Shown: positions 30,820 to 32,000 of the stretch, one piece after another
How positions within the stretch are numbered: position 1 is the stretch's first letter
Layout of the letters: each line of letters opens with the position of its first letter
Sequence record: OZ374592.1
Reading direction: 5' to 3' (one strand)
Length of the DNA stretch: 32,000 nucleotides
Position numbers and translations under genes: made by a program
The notes under the pieces: generated by a model
Told to the model about the DNA's origin: nothing
The model's input: only the letters and a program-made list of their open reading frames with translations
Databases searched by the model: none

Positions 30820-30851
30820 AATTTTCAGTTTTTTTAGTAATGTTTGTATTT

Positions 30852-30965
30852 TTATCCTTGTCTTTGTTTGTGTTTCGGATTTGTGCAAATTATCATAACA
30901 CGTCGATGTCTACGAATGACACGACACTTATCGCATATTTTTTTGACAGATGGTCGAACTTTCAT
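30852..30965 (-). CDS. rpl36: Ribosomal protein L36 (absent from the ORF track)
   Basis: The minus strand translates to [37 protein letters not shown] followed by a stop (37 aa). The zinc-ribbon C/C/C/H pattern is present. Confidence 0.93.
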   Translation of the reverse strand: MKVRPSVKKICDKCRVIRRHRRVMIICTNPKHKQRQG

Positions 30966-31027
30966 ATTTTAAGAATTAATAAATAAATTTTATAATAATA
31001 TGATCTAATTTGTATAAATAATTATAA

Positions 31028-32000
31028 TTATTCCATCATATTATCATATTGTTGAGAGATTATGTATGTTTGTATTTGTTTTGCAGTGTCAATAGCAACC
31101 CCTACTAAAATAAGTAATGAAGTTACACCTAAACCTTTAAAAGAATTAACATGTATTATATTAGATATAATAGATGGAACCAATGCTATAATGAATAAAA
31201 ATATAGCCCCTAAAAAAGTTAATTTATTTAAAATATAATTTAAGTATGTAATTGTGTCTAGGCCAGGCCTGATACTTGGAATACTTGCTCCCATTTTTTT
31301 TAAATTTTTTGTAATATCTTCCGGATTTAAAACTAATGATGAATAAAAATAGCTAAAAGCTATAATTAAACTGCAATATAGTGGTAGATATAATATCTTG
31401 TTTGGTAAAAATAAAAAACATAATTTTTGTAAATTAGAATTTTGCATTATCTCAGATAGATAAGGAGGTAATGCCATAGCAGCTGATGCAAAGATAATAG
31501 GCATTACTCCACCTTGATTAATTTTCAGTGGTATATAGCTTTGAGGGTTTATCTCTTGAATTTTACCTAGTTGTCTAGCTGAAATGATTAATATTTTTCT
31601 TTTTCCTTCTTGGATTAGTATGGCTATAATTAATATTATAATAAAGAGGATAAAAAGTATTAATAAATTAATTAGAGTTTGTTGTTTATAAATATTATTA
31701 GTGTAGGTAATGATATTTTTAGGTATACCAGATACTATATTTTGAAATATTAATAAAGACGAACCATTTCCAATACCATATTCTGTAATAATTTCAGAAA
31801 ACCACATAATAATTATTGATCCTGTAGTTAATGTTAAGATAGTATCAATAATAAAAGATTGATTCCAATTAAAAACATATGGCTTAATCCAAAAAGCTAT
31901 AGCACCACTTTGTAATACTGCCCAAATTAGTGTAAAATACCTTGTTATTTGTGTTATTTTTTGTCTTCCTGATTCACCTTCTTCTTTTTGCAAGTTTTCT
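31028..32000 (-). CDS. secY: Preprotein translocase SecY, 5' end beyond the window
   Basis: Multi-TM protein containing [19 protein letters not shown]. The frame is open to nt 32000, and the track M at 31993 is a TTG codon, so the gene continues upstream. Confidence 0.88.
   Translation of the reverse strand, partial: ENLQKEEGESGRQKITQITRYFTLIWAVLQSGAIAFWIKPYVFNWNQSFIIDTILTLTTGSIIIMWFSEIITEYGIGNGSSLLIFQNIVSGIPKNIITYTNNIYKQQTLINLLILFILFIIILIIAILIQEGKRKILIISARQLGKIQEINPQSYIPLKINQGGVMPIIFASAAMALPPYLSEIMQNSNLQKLCFLFLPNKILYLPLYCSLIIAFSYFYSSLVLNPEDITKNLKKMGASIPSIRPGLDTITYLNYILNKLTFLGAIFLFIIALVPSIISNIIHVNSFKGLGVTSLLILVGVAIDTAKQIQTYIISQQYDNMME

Noticed and set aside
30820-30888. N-terminal extensions in the ORF track. 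Affected genes are rps13 (to 30888), rpl1 (to 7292), rpl12 (to 6507), psaE (from 21164), psbN (from 21669), petF (from 24799), rps10 (to 25600) and rpl19 (from 14806).
   Set aside because: Most of the extensions I checked (psaE, psbN, petF, rps10, rpl19) begin at TTG. All add non-conserved residues, and several would overlap the neighbouring gene (rpl36, rpl11, tufA). A conserved ATG start exists downstream in every case. Only rpl19 remains slightly ambiguous.
1-32000. A novel defence, mobile or biosynthetic system: CRISPR repeats, toxin-antitoxin pairs, transposases, integrases or tandem repeat arrays.
   Set aside because: I found none. Gene content and order are those of a conserved organelle genome. 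The only selfish element is the dnaB mini-intein, and the only unexplained coding potential is the 131-codon ORF.

Overview
This window reads as a compact, very AT-rich segment of a red-algal (Rhodophyta) plastid genome. The assignment rests on gene content: pheT/syfB, argB, ilvB, moeB, thiS, ntcA/ycf28, ycf29, dnaB and rnpB sit beside photosynthesis genes (petB/D, psaE, psbH/N/T/B, petF). The ribosomal-protein run is typical: rpl11-rpl1-rpl12, then rps12-rps7-tufA-rps10, then rpl31-rps9-rpl13-rpoA-rps11-rps13-rpl36-secY. I support 42 protein genes (two cut by the window edges), 10 tRNA genes and one RNase P RNA gene. The ORF track misses psbT, rpl36 and rnpB. Several track ORFs carry false N-terminal extensions from TTG or upstream starts, and I trimmed these to conserved ATG starts. 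I see no CRISPR array, transposase, phage or defence-type module, and nothing I can defend as a new multi-gene system. The points most worth a second look are: (1) a 141-codon mini-intein inside dnaB; (2) an orphan 131-codon ORF in the only large unexplained spacer, upstream of clpC; (3) a divergent pair of plastid-encoded transcription regulators (ycf29 and ntcA-like); (4) an E1-rhodanese fusion (moeB) near thiS; (5) an exact TTGACA-N17-TATAAT promoter upstream of rps12; (6) long perfect hairpins at convergent gene junctions. All coordinates were counted by hand. No database search was possible.
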